Assembly (NCBI GenBank): GCA_964016885.1
Contig: OZ024743.1
Location: 12,958,001-13,022,000, forward strand
Source of the DNA: Eledone cirrhosa
Taxonomy: Eukaryota
DNA: 64,000 nucleotides
Direction: 5' to 3'
Shown: in pieces, positions 28,111 to 42,489 of the stretch
How positions within the stretch are numbered: position 1 is the first letter of the stretch
How the letters are laid out: each line of letters opens with the position of its first letter
The notes under the pieces: model-generated
The model's input: the letters and a program-made list of their open reading frames with translations, nothing else
What the model was told of the DNA's origin: nothing
The model's database searches: none
Made by a program: the position numbers and the translations under genes

Positions 28111-28731
28111 TTATATATATAAACATGATGCTCTTAGAGGGGAATTACAGTTCTCAGAACAATAAGTGACATAGTGAGAACAGTGGTGAAGTAACGTGCA
28201 ACATACATTATTGTACTGAAAACGTTACTCTCTCTCTGAAATCCAACCTGGTGAGAAAAAGTAAGAAAAAAGTTTCGTCTTTCATCTTCATTTAGTCTTT
28301 TTCCTGTTTATAAAATGAGTACCAGTAAGATACCAGAATTGATTCAAGTCATCCATTCTATCTACCTGAATTGAATTGTGCGTTGTACTAAAATATCGGA
28401 TAGCGTGAAAAAAGGAATAAAAAAATTGAATAAAAGAAACCATTTAATACAATATTTGACATTTCCTGCCTAATACTAGAATTGGCGCCATTATGTGTGT
28501 TCTAAGCTCCTGTTTGTTATGCTCCTAATTCGCCGACATATTGTTTTTTTCTTCTTCTATGTATTATTGCATGGAAGATGGCTTTCGGCATTATTTGCCA
28601 GAATAGATGTTTAGACAAAATTCTTCAAAATGTTTCACACACACACATACACACACGTACTCTCACACACAGACACACACTTATACTTATATACATACAC
28701 ACACATATATATATATATGTATAAATATGTA

Positions 28732-28835
<104 letters not shown>

Positions 28836-28847
28836 CATCTACATATT

Positions 28848-28905
<58 letters not shown>

Positions 28906-28919
28906 CATACACACACATA

Positions 28920-28991
<72 letters not shown>

Positions 28992-29921
28992 CACACATAT
29001 ATGTGTATATATATATATAAATATATATATATATACATATATATATACTTCGGATGTTCAACAACAGTATGAAAAACTACAACATAGACTTCGACACTAA
29101 CAAAAACAAAACCAACTGTTGCAAAGCTAAAATAAAATGAAAAATGAAAATGATACTATTTCTCTGAAAATAAGAGAATGTTTTCTTTTAATAGAAATAA
29201 CACAATAGAATTTTTTTGTCTTTGTTTAGTTTTTTTTTTTGCGCATTTTTTCTATTCCTTTCCTCCTTCCTTCCTGCCTTCATTGTCTTCTCATTTATTT
29301 TTTTCACTCGGACATTCATTCGGTATTGTGTTCTTTTTGAGTTTTCTTCATTGTATTTATTCTTTCTCCAACCCCATTCTCTTTTTGGACTTTCTTATTT
29401 GCTTTTCTGTCCAAATTCCCGTCTTTCCTTTCTACCATTATTCGTTCAGTCGTTCTTTTCTGCCTTTCTTGGAACTCTCACTGCTTCTTTTTGTTTTCTT
29501 GTTTCTTTTACATTCAATTTTCAAAGACCTTTTCTAACAGAATTTTATTTCTACCCTCCCGTTTTCTTTTTTTCCCCCCAATCATTCTTTCAATTTATTA
29601 TAGCAAGTACTTTCGTCTTTCTCACTCTCATTTCTTCTTACTTCTTGTTTTTGTATGTTTCTTTTATTTATTTTATAAATAAATAAATAACCATAAAATA
29701 AAATTCTTTTGTTTAATAACAAATATTTAATTTTCATTCCTTTTCCACAATAACAAGGATAGGTTTCGATTGGCAAGTAGCAAAGTAAATGATGCAGGCA
29801 GTTTCAGTAGAGGAATGACATTTCTGGTTCACTAACAGTATTACTTTTATACCACGATGACTACCATTAGTGCTACATTCTAGCCAATAGCACATTCTGC
29901 CACAGTTGCAACACTTCAACG

Positions 29922-29922
29922 T

Positions 29923-29994
<72 letters not shown>

Positions 29995-30005
29995 CAACAG
30001 TAGTA

Positions 30006-30054
<49 letters not shown>

Positions 30055-30058
30055 CAAC

Positions 30059-30096
<38 letters not shown>

Positions 30097-30143
30097 CAAC
30101 AGTAGTAGTAGTAGTAGTAGTAGTAATAGTAGCAGCAACAGTA

Positions 30144-30178
<35 letters not shown>

Positions 30179-30196
30179 ATAGTAGCAGCAACAGTA

Positions 30197-30237
<41 letters not shown>

Positions 30238-30251
30238 ATAGTAGCAGCAAC

Positions 30252-30298
<47 letters not shown>

Positions 30299-30469
30299 CA
30301 GCAACAGTAGTAGTAGCTGTAGTAGTAGTAGTAGTAGTAGTAATAATAGTAGTAGTAGTAGTAGTAGCAGCAACAGTAGTAGTAGCTGTAGTAGTAGTAG
30401 TAGTAGTAGTAATAATAGTAGTAGTAGTAATAGTATCAGCAACAATAGTAGTAGCAGAAGTAGTAGTAT

Positions 30470-30504
<35 letters not shown>

Positions 30505-30801
30505 ATAGTAGTAACAGTAGTAGTAGTAATAGTAGCAGCAACAGTAGTAGTTTATAGTAGTAGTATTAGTAGTAGTATTAGTAGTAGTAGTAGTAGTAGT
30601 AGTAACAGTAGTAGTAGTAATAGTAGCAGCAACAGTAGTAGTAGTAGTAGCAGTAGTAGTAGTAGTAGTAGTAGTAGTAATAATAGTAATAATAGTAGTA
30701 GTAGTAATAGTAGCAGCAACAGTAGTAGTAGCAGAAGTAGTAGTATTAGTAGTAGTAGTAGTAGTAGTAGTAACAGTAGTAGTAGTAATAGTAGCAGCAA
30801 C

Positions 30802-30859
<58 letters not shown>

Positions 30860-30937
30860 GTAGCAACAGTAGTAGTAGTAGTAGTAGTAGCAGCAGCAAC
30901 AGTAGTAGTAGTAGTAGTATTAGTAGTAGTAGTAGTT

Positions 30938-30968
<31 letters not shown>

Positions 30969-31041
30969 CAGCAGCAACAGTAGTAGTAGTAGTATTAGTA
31001 TTAGTAGTAGTAGTAGTAGTAGTAGTAATAGTAGCAGCAAC

Positions 31042-31084
<43 letters not shown>

Positions 31085-31129
31085 GTAGTAGTAGTAGTAA
31101 CAGTAGTAGTAGTAATTGTAGCAGCAACA

Positions 31130-31189
<60 letters not shown>

Positions 31190-31270
31190 ACAGTAGTAGT
31201 AGTAATAGTAGCAGCAACAGTAGTAGCAGCAACAGTAGTAGTATTAGTAGTAGTAGTAGTAGTAGTAGTA
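29922..31270. repeat. Compound (TAG)n microsatellite with higher-order gcagcaacag interruptions
   Basis: Directly visible. Confidence 0.97.
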
Positions 31271-31651
31271 TGATGGTGATGATGAAAAGGAGGTTGATCG
31301 TGATGATGATGATGATCACGACGATCGTCATGATTGTGATGATGTGTATGGATGTATTAGTGTTACACGCGGTGGTGACAGTACGCTAATGATCATCATT
31401 AGCACTATCATATCCTTATCACCTCCCACTGCACGTCCCCCTCTTCACACCACCACCACCACCAATGTCGTCATCGTCATTATTATCATCATCATCATCA
31501 TCATCAACAGCAATGATATTATTTTCTTAACATGAAAGGCAAAGCTGAACTCGAAAGGATGGGATCCCAGAGTGCATAGAACCAGAACGAATTCCACTAA
31601 GCATACTACCCGAGGTACTAACGTTTCTGACAATTTGTCTGACATCCATCC

Positions 31652-32213
31652 ATTGTCGCGGGTGGGACCAATCCGGTTGACCACCCAGTCCATTGTCGTG
31701 ATCAAACCGCCACCCTCCTTCAAAAACGAAGGAGAGGCGGTTTTCCTTTGTGTGATAGCTATGGCGAAAGAGGTTGTATGGTGGACAAGGTTGAAAGGGC
31801 TGAGGTCAGACACCTTTCTCTCCGGCCAACAACTGATTCTTTTTTTCAAATACCACTTTGGAAGAAGAATCAGTATGGAGAGAGAGGTGCTGTACCCCAG
31901 CAAGTTTTATGAAAGGTGGGTGAAAGTGGCGAGAATGGCCCGAGTGAATGGGCCTTCTCTCTATATCAGCCTGTAGGTTGAGGAAAAGGAGGAGGAGGGG
32001 AAAGGAGTACAAACTCTTCGTAACTCCTGGAGATGAGGGCTGCACATTTTTTCGGGGGTATGTATTACCCATATGAACTGTCTCCCCCTATTGGGGAAAA
32101 TCGACTAATTTTTTAAATTGCATTTGTGATAATATTTTACACGTTTTTATTGTATGTAAACTTTTATTGTATTTGTCCCCTTCTTTTGTGCCACTGTGGC
32201 TAATAAAGAAACA

Positions 32214-32298
<85 letters not shown>

Positions 32299-32300
32299 CT
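31652..32300 (+). mobile_element. 5'-truncated Tx1/L1-like LINE with (TATC)n tail
   Basis: LSRVGPIRLTTQSIV...WVKVARMARVNGPSLYISL; aataaagaaac followed by (atct)n. Confidence 0.88.
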
Positions 32301-32603
32301 CTATCAGACGTGTGTAACTTCGCAGAGAAGTTTCCGTTAATTTATGTAAGAAAAAAACGAGTTTTTAGTTAAATTTTATATTATTGTGTAACTTGACCCC
32401 CCGTCTGGACCTTCAAGTGGTGGGTCAACTCATTTTTGCCCCTACAGGGGCGAAATATCCATTTGAAAAATTTTTTCTCCATCGAATCTTGGAAAAAATA
32501 TTGTAAAAGTTTGATTACGTTATGAACGCTGCGTCCAACGATAATGGTGGTGGAGAGGCGGTAGGACTACAAAGCTCGCAGTCAACAACGTCTTCTTCAC
32601 TAG

Positions 32604-34299
32604 TTGGAGTTGTTGCAGGGCATCCCGTTGGAACCGGGATTGCGGAAAGCGGTGTCAGCCTACGCCGATGACGTAACAGTAATGGTGTCGACGGCCTCGG
32701 AAATCGGGGCGATCGGCACCTTACTGGAGGAGTACGAAAGGTTTACAGGGGCTAAGCTGAACCGGGACAAGTCGATCGGTCTGCAACTCGGCACATGGAG
32801 GGGCAGATCGATGCCCTCAGATGGCGTCGTCGGGCGCTGGACGGAGGGCCCGGTGAAGTTGCTCGGGGTCTGGTTCGGACCAGGGTGAGAAGAACTGGGG
32901 TGAGGTAACGAACAGGGTGTTTGCACTGACCCAGAAGTGGGCCGAGTGCAAACTGTCCCTAAAAGGTCGGGCGGAGGTGGCGAACACTTATATAGCGTCC
33001 GTCATCTACTACCGCCTGACCGTTGTGCCTTGCCCAAGGGAAACGCTCGCCAAAATGGAGCGCGCACTCTTCCAATTCCTTTGGAAGAAGCGGGCTCCTA
33101 TGGTGAGGAAATCCATCTGCTGTCAACACCCTTCGAAAGAAGGGCTGGGGATGCCGTGGCTAATGATACGTAAACACGCATTAAGGCTACGGCACCTTCA
33201 GGTATTCCTCTCCGGTCAACCGGTGTGGGCCCCGTTTGTGAGGCGAGCCTTTCCCAGACTCGTCTCACTCACCGAGCTGCAATCCTGGGTCAAGCAAAGA
33301 CCGAGAAAACTGGGCGCCTAGCACACCGAGTGTGCCCAGGCGCTCACGGCTCTCTGGCAGGCGGACCCGGCTGTCAGTGGAGAATCCACCTCGTCATTCT
33401 ATAGGGGGCTGGTGGTTAGCAGGTGCGACGACGCCCTCGGAGAAGCCCTAGGCATGGAGGAAGACGAACTGGCCAACCTGTTCGGTAGGACATTCAGCCC
33501 GGGACCCATGGATAACTTCCAGAGGTCCCTGGCCTGGCAATGCTACAGAAGGGCTCTGCCCGTTCGAGAAAGGCTCTACAGATACGGGCGCCCGGGTAGG
33601 GACCCCTCGAAAAAGATCTGTCCCAGATGCGTGTGCGACGAGGAAACCGTTGCACACGCATTGGTACACTGCTCGGGCATTGCCGATCTGTGGGGCTATG
33701 TCGAACAACTGCTGTCAAGGGTGGGACCGATCCGGTTGACCACTGAGTCTATTGTAACGATCAAGCCGCCTCCCCTCTTCAAAAACGAAGAAGAGGCGGT
33801 GTTTCTGTGCGTAATAGCCATGGCGAAAGAGGTTGTATGGTGGACGCGTCTGAAAGGACTGAGGTCAGACACCTTTCTCTCTGGCCAACAACTGGTCCTT
33901 TTCTTCCGATATCATTTCGGAAGAAGGATCAGGATGGAGAGAGAGGTGTTGCACCCAGCCGTTTTTATGAAAGATGGGTGAAAGTGGCGAGAATGGCCCG
34001 TGTGAATGGGCCTTCACTCTACATCAGACTATAGGTGAGGAAGATGAAAGACCAAGGGAGCATCCCTTCTCTGTGCTCCCGAGGAAAAGGGTTGCACACT
34101 TTTTTTCGGGGATGTGTGCGACCCCCCAAGGCGCCTCCTCTCTATTGAGGACTTTGTTATAAATTTTATTTTTTGTTATATTTTATTTTATTTTTATATT
34201 TTGTTATTGCCTCCTCCTTATTGAGGACGCCTTTTTGTGTAAACTCCCCCCATTGTACTTGTCCCACTTTTGATGCCCTGGTGGCAAATAAAAGAAACA

Positions 34300-34378
<79 letters not shown>

Positions 34379-34397
34379 TTATCTATCTATCTATCTA
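32604..34397 (+). pseudogene. Tx1/L1-like LINE ORF2 3' part (RT, C-terminal CCHC domain), 3' UTR and (TATC)n tail
   Basis: SAYADDV, GAKLNRDKS, KLLGVWF, LSLKGRAEVAN, GLGMP, CPRC...ETVAHALVHC; frameshifts and a stop. Confidence 0.92.
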
Positions 34398-34800
34398 CAA
34401 TATATAACTCAATATATAAGCTATGCGTTTATGCGTGTTACCCCTGCAAACGCTATGATTGAATGTTTCCTTTAGATGATTCAGTATATATAATATTGTG
34501 CCACATAGATTCATGTGCGTCTGTCTACTATATATACTTTACACACACATGCACACATGTATGTATGTATATCTATTTTCTCAACCTGGTAGTTCTTTCG
34601 TTACTTTGGTATATTGTGTGTTAGATTTTGCAACCACAATGTTCGATTTGTCAAACTATTTAAACGTATTTAAACGTTATTACTCTAAGGACCTACCTTA
34701 TCGAGTGGTTTGCTAACTCATTATTTCATATAGTAGGCCGAATTTGCTTGCAAGCCGCCAGAGATTCGATTTTACTAAGTATCCAATTATATATATATAT

Positions 34801-35522
34801 AGTACGGATGTTACTTAAATATAAGTATGTACACGTACATACATATATGTATACAGACGTACATGCACACATATATATATGTACGTATGGATTCACCGAA
34901 CATTTATTATAATGCTCGGTGTGTTTGTAAACAAACATCCCGTATTAAGCCGTAGTGTCCAGCAACCATCGTTGCTCGTTTGTTCAACACTGACAAAGGA
35001 ACGCTGTACTAGTTTCAAGCTTATTAGCTATCGTCAGCAACGTATACCTTCCTGCCAGATTGTTGAACGTATATATATACTAAGAGTGGGAAATGTATAT
35101 ACTAAGAGTGGGAAATATTTATACTAAGAGTGGGAAATGAAATTTCGTTTCATTTTTTCCGTTTATCGTTTTCGTTGAACCCGGCCGATTAACCCACTCG
35201 ATATGCAAATTGGGCTACTCAGCCGTTAATATGCATAAGGTAAGTATATACGTTCAACAATGTGGCAGGAAGGTATACGTTGCTGACGATAGCTAATAAG
35301 CTTGAAACTAGTACAGCGTTCCTTTGTCAGTGTTGAACAAACGAGCAACGATGGTTGCTGGACACTACGGCTTAATACGGGATGTTTGTTTACAAACACA
35401 CCGAGCATTATAATAAATGTTCGGTGAATCCATACGTACATATATATATGTGTGCATGTATGTATATATATATACATACTACTGTACGTCTGTATACATA
35501 TATGTATGTACGTGTACATACT

Positions 35523-35523
<1 letters not shown>
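34801..35523. mobile_element. Family E palindromic copy with two hammerheads (35001-35043 minus, 35277-35319 plus); further fragments at 36392-36610 and 38303-38400
   Basis: acgttg-CTGACGA-tagct aata agctt-GAAA-CTAG-TA-cagcgt on both arms. Confidence 0.9.
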
Positions 35524-35615
<92 letters not shown>

Positions 35616-35618
35616 TTT

Positions 35619-35815
35619 AATATAGAAATGGCTTCTACAGGACAAGAACTGTTTCATTAGAAGGAAACCACGAGGAAAGCCCTGACGCTCCCGATGATTT
35701 CCTTCGAATGAAACAGTTCTAGTCCTGTAGAAGCCATTTCTATATTGAAAAATTACACACTGCTATGTATTGACTACCTTACTTAATGTGGTTACTCTCG
35801 ATTGAACCCGGGATA
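35619..35815. mobile_element. Family A fold-back copy (core CCGAUGA at 35691)
   Basis: Homologous to 15128-15308; between (TG)n and (CA)n. Confidence 0.82.
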
Positions 35816-36330
35816 CACACACACACATGCATATGTGTGTGTGTGTGTGTTTATATGTGTGCGCGTGTGAGTGTGTGTTTCTCATATAAATATATAAATA
35901 TACATGCACATATCAGTATCTCTTTTTCCCGGCAACGAATGAAAGTGAAAGACCTTTGTGCAGACATCGCTCTTGTTTGCACCCATACAAGTTACTGTTC
36001 TAAAAGCGACAGCTAGGCTCTCTATCGCGCGTACAACTCCGGTAGTCTGTTAATTCTACCGATTCAATCCTTCACTTTTATCAATATCCACTGTTAATTA
36101 AAGCTGAAGGCGCGCTATTTGATTCTGTTTGACGTTTAGAACAAAACAAATAACTAAGAAATACATTATCTTTTGGTAAAGAGTGAAGAAAAACAAACAA
36201 CGTCCAACACGTTGAGTTGTTTAATATAATATATTGAGTCGGTGGTCGCCATAGATATGCACGCGTATTCATGTGCCTGCGTATCTAAGCATAAAGTCAT
36301 GCATACGCCCCCCCCCTCACATATATATAA

Positions 36331-36396
<66 letters not shown>

Positions 36397-36630
36397 GGAA
36401 AAGATGAAACGAAATTTCATTTCTCACTCTTAGTACGGCTGTTACTTAAATATAAGTATGTACACGTACATACATATATGTATACAGACGTACATTATAA
36501 TAAATGTTCGGTGAATCCATACGTACATATATATATGTGTGCATGTATGTATATATATATACATACTACTGTACGTCTATATACATATATGTATGTACGT
36601 GTACATACTTATATATATATATATATATAT

Positions 36631-36970
36631 AAAGAAAAAAAGATGAAATCAAAAATGCAACTGGAGTCTTATTTAAAAAAAAAATATATATATTTATTTA
36701 TTTGGTTCCTTTACCGGTTTCGCAGTTCTTCTGCTTTTCAAAAGTAGAGTTGAGATGGAGGGTCTGTGGTTTTTCTCACATCAGACCCTCCACCTCAACT
36801 CTACTTCTGAAAAGCAGAAGAACTGCGAAACCGGTAAAGGAACCAAATAAATGTATATATTTTTTTAAAAACAAGACTCCAGTTGCATTTTCGATTTCAA
36901 CTTTTTTTCTTTATACTTTCACTCGTGTAGGACACCTCAGTTATTTTTCATTTTGTAAAAAAACCCTCAC

Positions 36971-36975
<5 letters not shown>
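36631..36975. mobile_element. Family C palindrome with two hammerhead variants (36709-36744 minus UUGAAAA; 36804-36839 plus CUGAAAA)
   Basis: Arms about 36631-36764 and 36783-36914; gcag aagaa ctgc GAAA ccgg TA. Confidence 0.8.
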
Positions 36976-37050
<75 letters not shown>

Positions 37051-37052
<2 letters not shown>

Positions 37053-37933
37053 AAAATTAAGATAAATCAAAATGAATTTAATCTAAATCAAAATTATGGG
37101 TGTCATGCCAGAAAGACATGCGCCATATCACCCGCAAAATAAGCTCTAAGATTCTAACGAATAGGTCCGAGCATTTTATAATAACTAGAAATTGATTAAC
37201 ATATAAATAAGCATGAATAATCACAGGAGATAATTTTTACAAGTGTGTAAGCACACATAGCTAGGTAGGTAACTAAATAAAGATAACCAGAACTTCAAAA
37301 ATAGATACCTTATAATATGATTAATCTTCCCTGTATATATTCCATTGAAGAAATATATTTTACTAATTAATCGAATGGTAAACCACGGATGCCGATACTT
37401 GGATTTTCAACAAGGAAGAAGTTTCAGCGATCTATGTTTACGCTTCAAGTTCAAATCAGCGACTGGCCAGCAACACGTGCTGTATCTACTAGAAATACAT
37501 CCATCGTACCAGCTTTATCCCAGTGGCGTGAATAGGGTTATTGACAACTAGAAACAGCAGTCAAGTCCTTTCAAATGTTAGCTCTACAATTAAGGAGCCG
37601 TATTTATATATCTATATCCAAAATTAAGATAAATCAAAATGAATTTAATCTAAATCAAAATTATGGGTGTCATGCCAGAAAGATATGCGCCAATACCACC
37701 CGCAAAATAAGCTCTAAGATTCTAACGAATAGGTCCGAGCATTTTATAATAACTAGAAATTGATTAACATATAAATAAGCATGAATAATCACATGAGATA
37801 ATTTTTACAAGTGTGTAAACTTTATTCTGGTTAACTTTATTTAGTTACCTACCTAGCTATGTGTGCTTACACACTTGTAAAAATTATCTCCTGTGATTAT
37901 TCATGTTTATTTATATATTAATCAATTTCTAGT

Positions 37934-37938
<5 letters not shown>
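37051..37938 (-). mobile_element. Retrozyme-like unit F: 567-nt period, about 200-bp redundancy, plus a fold-back end
   Basis: ccaaaattaagataaatcaaaatg... at 37051 and 37618; 37819-37938 is inverted; (TA)n on both sides. Confidence 0.88.
37328..37416 (-). ncRNA. U3-A8 hammerhead, G12 decayed to A
   Basis: Minus strand: tccttg-TTGAAAA-t ccaa...ttag t-AAAA-tatatttc ttcaat ggaatata-TA-caggga. Confidence 0.6.
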
Positions 37939-37995
<57 letters not shown>

Positions 37996-37999
<4 letters not shown>

Positions 38000-38107
38000 T
38001 ATTCAAAATGTTAATAAATGAAAAATATTGTCATAATCAAAATATACACTAGTAGTATATATTTTGATTATGACAACATTTTTCATTTGTTAACATTTTG
38101 AATAATA
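37996..38107. repeat. Fold-back hairpin beside (TA)n
   Basis: attattcaaaatgttaa...tcataatcaaaatata / tatattttgattatga...ttaacattttgaataat. Confidence 0.8.
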
Positions 38108-38201
38108 TCAAAAACTCTAGGAAAACTTTTACTGTTAAGTGCTTCTAATCTATTGTAAAATTGTATTCGTTGAGTAATCAACGAATCATACTAATCTTTG
38201 G

Positions 38202-38251
<50 letters not shown>

Positions 38252-38421
38252 GTAATAATAATAAATTTCAAGACTAAAATCCATATATATATATATATAT
38301 AATTAAAATCGGGCCGTTTGTTTACAAACGAATCGAACATTATTATTAATGTTCGATATAACCCATACGTATATATGTATATGTATATATGTCTGTGTAT
38401 GTACATATGTATATGTATATA

Positions 38422-38468
<47 letters not shown>

Positions 38469-39143
38469 GTAAGATTATATATATATGTAAGATTATATGT
38501 GTAAAATTGCCTCCTTTGTTTTGTTTGATCACTTTCAACTGTATATATATATTGATTTGTTACTGTTAGTAAATACATCGCACGCATACACATACAAGAT
38601 ACAAGCACATTCAAACTCAGACTCTCACATATATGTAATTTCTTAGTTCTTACGAAACAAATCTCGATAACTTTACCTCATCATAAACTTATTTATTGTT
38701 CTTTCTCGTTGTAGTTTCCGATATTGTTGTTTAGCCCTAGGTCAATCGAGCAGACGAATGGTCAAAGACGGATAAGCCATGACCATACTGCCATTACTAG
38801 ATGTAAAATTACACTGTTCAATGTGACCTTCCATTTTTCACAGGATAGGTTGTGATTCAAAGATGGCACTTCTATTTCTAACAGATCGTTGATTATTTCT
38901 CATCAATATTGTTCATGTTATAGTTGTAGTCAGTGGCGGACTGGGTCTAAAAATATTGTTTGTCAGGAGATGAAGGCGGCTCACCTACATATAGAATCTA
39001 TCATTTAATATTTATAATGAATAAATAACATTTTCGAAAAATACATAAGCGGAAACAAAACGGTGCAATCAAATTTTTGCGGAAAAATATCTTACCTTCG
39101 TCAATAAAAAATATGTATTTTGCGAAATCCAGAGACTTTCAAT

Positions 39144-39616
39144 AATGACCAGAACTCGACCCTAAATATTACTAATAGGTCTAGGAAATCCATGAACGAC
39201 ACCACATCATTTTAACTTTGATTTGGAAAGTAGGTTTATAATTATCAATTTTCATTATACTTTTGTAGCTGTCTCGGTGGCCTAGTTGGAAGAATCATAG
39301 ACGGTGGTGATCCTGTTCTGAAGTTCGATCCTCGTCGGGAGTAAGGTTCCCAGTAAAACTTTTCAGTTTTTTTTTCTATTGGTTGTAAAATAAAAACCGA
39401 AAAGGCTTACATGTACCTCTTGAACAGGATTGAACCCAAGGTCAGGATCTCTACCGTCTTTAGTACTTACCGCTAGGCCACAGAGACAACGACGAAAATC
39501 TTATGAAAATCATACTTATAAACCTACTTTCAAACTTTTCAAAACAAAGTGTTGTGGTGTCGTTCATGGCTTTCTTAATGTTATTGCTCCTACTTAGGGT
39601 CGACTTCTAAATCATT
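39144..39616. repeat. Diverged long inverted repeat with convergent tRNA-like A/B boxes
   Basis: tggcctagttgg 39278 and gttcgatcc 39323; mirrored ggattgaacc 39427 and ccgctaggcca 39470. Confidence 0.7.
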
Positions 39617-39950
39617 TGGGTGTACCATAAACTACATCGTCGTTTTGTTTCTCATCAATCTAGACTACATTTTAACCTGTAATCCATGTTTCATTTCTGT
39701 TCCACCTCATTTCTCCCCCCAACTCTCTCTCTTTCTCTCTGTGATATTTGAATCTACTATGAATTGGGCTTACCTTATTCCTATATATATGTTTTTGCAT
39801 GTCAGTTAGATTCAAACTTAAATGATTGGCATTATATATATATATATATATATACAGTGGCAGACTAGAATATATATATATATTCTAGTAGTAGTAATAG
39901 CGTCAACAACAAAAACAGTTGTAGTAGTAGTTAGTAGTAGTAATAGTAAT

Positions 39951-40664
39951 AATTGTTTCTACTTTTGGCAAAAGGCCAGCAATTATGAAAGGCAAAGTTA
40001 ACCTCGGCGGGAATGGTTTCTTATATAGGCACAAGGCCAACAATTTTGAGGGGCGGGGAAAGTCAATTAAATCAACCCCAGTATGTTACTGGTGCTTTAT
40101 TTATCGAGCCCCGTATGGATGAAAGGCAAAGCTAACCTCGGCGGAATTTGAATTCAGACCGCAAAGGGCCGTAACTCTATGCTGCAAAGCATAGCATCCG
40201 ACCCTCCACCGATACTGCCAATCCACCGCCCTTTTAGTAGTAGTAATAATAATTGTTTCTACACCTGACACAAGGCCAGCAATTACCCAGTGCATTACTG
40301 CTACTTTATTTTATAGACCCCGCGAGGATGAAAGGCAAAGTTAACCTCTGTGGGTTTTGAACTCAGAAAGCAAAGGGCCATAACTCCTATGCTGCAATGC
40401 ATGGACGCTCTACCGATACTACCAATCCAGTTGTTTATTCTTGTTTTCATCTGTTTAATTTGCTTTAATCTTACTTTCTCCAATGATGAGATTGTTGTTG
40501 TGATTGCTAACGTTGTTATCATTAGCACTGGTTGTTATGATTGTGATTGTTGTTGATATATTAGTTAATTCTGTTACTGGTACTGATGTTTACTGTCGTT
40601 GTTGCTATAGTAGAAATAGCAGCAGCAGCATCAGTAATAGTAGTAGTAGTAATAGTAGTAGTAA

Positions 40665-40695
<31 letters not shown>

Positions 40696-40707
40696 TGTAG
40701 TAGTGGC

Positions 40708-40752
<45 letters not shown>

Positions 40753-40833
40753 TGCTGTTACTGTTTCTGTTGATGCGTTGTTCATAGTAGAAACAGCAGC
40801 AACAGCAACACTAGTAGTAGTAGTAGTAGTAGT

Positions 40834-40913
<80 letters not shown>

Positions 40914-40981
40914 TAGTTGCTGTTATTGTTTCTGTTGATGCGTTGTTCATAGTAGAAACAGCAGCAACAGCAACACTAGTG

Positions 40982-41018
<37 letters not shown>

Positions 41019-41538
41019 CAGCAGCAACAGCAGCAGTAGTAGTAGTAGTAGTAGTTGCTGTTATTGTTTCTGTTGATGTTGTGCTGTTCATATTTTGTTG
41101 TTGTAGTGGTTGTTGTTTTGGTCTCAGTGGTATTGTTGTTGTTGTAATTATTATTCTTAGTTGTGTCCATCCAAGGGAAAATTACGTTCCGTCTCATGTA
41201 TTGCTCAATTCAACAAACCTGCATTAATCAAACATTAATAAGCGAAATTTCCTTAATAAATGCAGACAATCTTTCAATTCAGACTCACAGACAAGCCGAC
41301 TATTGGCTAATAAACTATTATAGAGACAGAGAGAGAGAGAGTGAGAGAGAGAGAGAAGACAGAGAGAGAGAGAGAGAGCTAGAGAGAGAGAAGACAGAGA
41401 AATAGAGAGAGAGAGAGAGATTTCCTGACATGCATATATATATATATACATGTGATTATTTAACTATCTATCGATCTATATATTTCTCTCTCTCTCTCTC
41501 TCTCTGTATATATATACACACGCATATATATATATATA

Positions 41539-41591
<53 letters not shown>

Positions 41592-41655
41592 CATGTGTGA
41601 ACAGCATTAATTAATATTTATATGCATAAATACATACTCACGCATATGCACACAC

Positions 41656-41703
<48 letters not shown>

Positions 41704-42201
41704 ATATACATGCACACATAAAACGCATCGACGTTGTTGTCTAAATTCCACTGATGAAGCTTTGGTTCTTTTTTCAGGAAACCAGCCCATTATAAGAAGA
41801 ATTCAAATATCAAAAATAATTGTTTCTACTTTTTGGCACAAGGCCAGCAATTATCCCAGTGCATTACTGGTACTTTATTTTATCGACCCCGTAAGGATGA
41901 AAGGCAAAGTTAACCTCGGCAGGATTTGAACTCAGTCCGTAAAGGGACGTAACTGTGCTACAAAGCATGGTGTCCAGCCCTCTACCGATATTGCCAATCC
42001 ACAGCCCTCAAATATAAAAAATAATATAGAGATACATTATATATATCTAAATATATTCTAAAATACACATTGCCTCGTTAGCAAAACATTATAATGAATG
42101 ATTTCCTAGGGAACACTGCATGGAGATGAGCTGGTCTCGGTTCCCTCCTGTATGTATACAGATATAAATTCTTTACACACATACACAATCGCGTACATAC
42201 A

Positions 42202-42300
<99 letters not shown>

Positions 42301-42429
42301 GTAGTGTGGGTAATAGGAAAAGAGTCAGGACTTCCACGGCTGAGCTCCGGCCGTTTTGACAGCTAGATCTGAACTCAGATCTAGCTGTCGAAACGGCCGG
42401 AATTCAGCCGTGGAGGTCCTGACTCTTTT

Positions 42430-42489
<60 letters not shown>

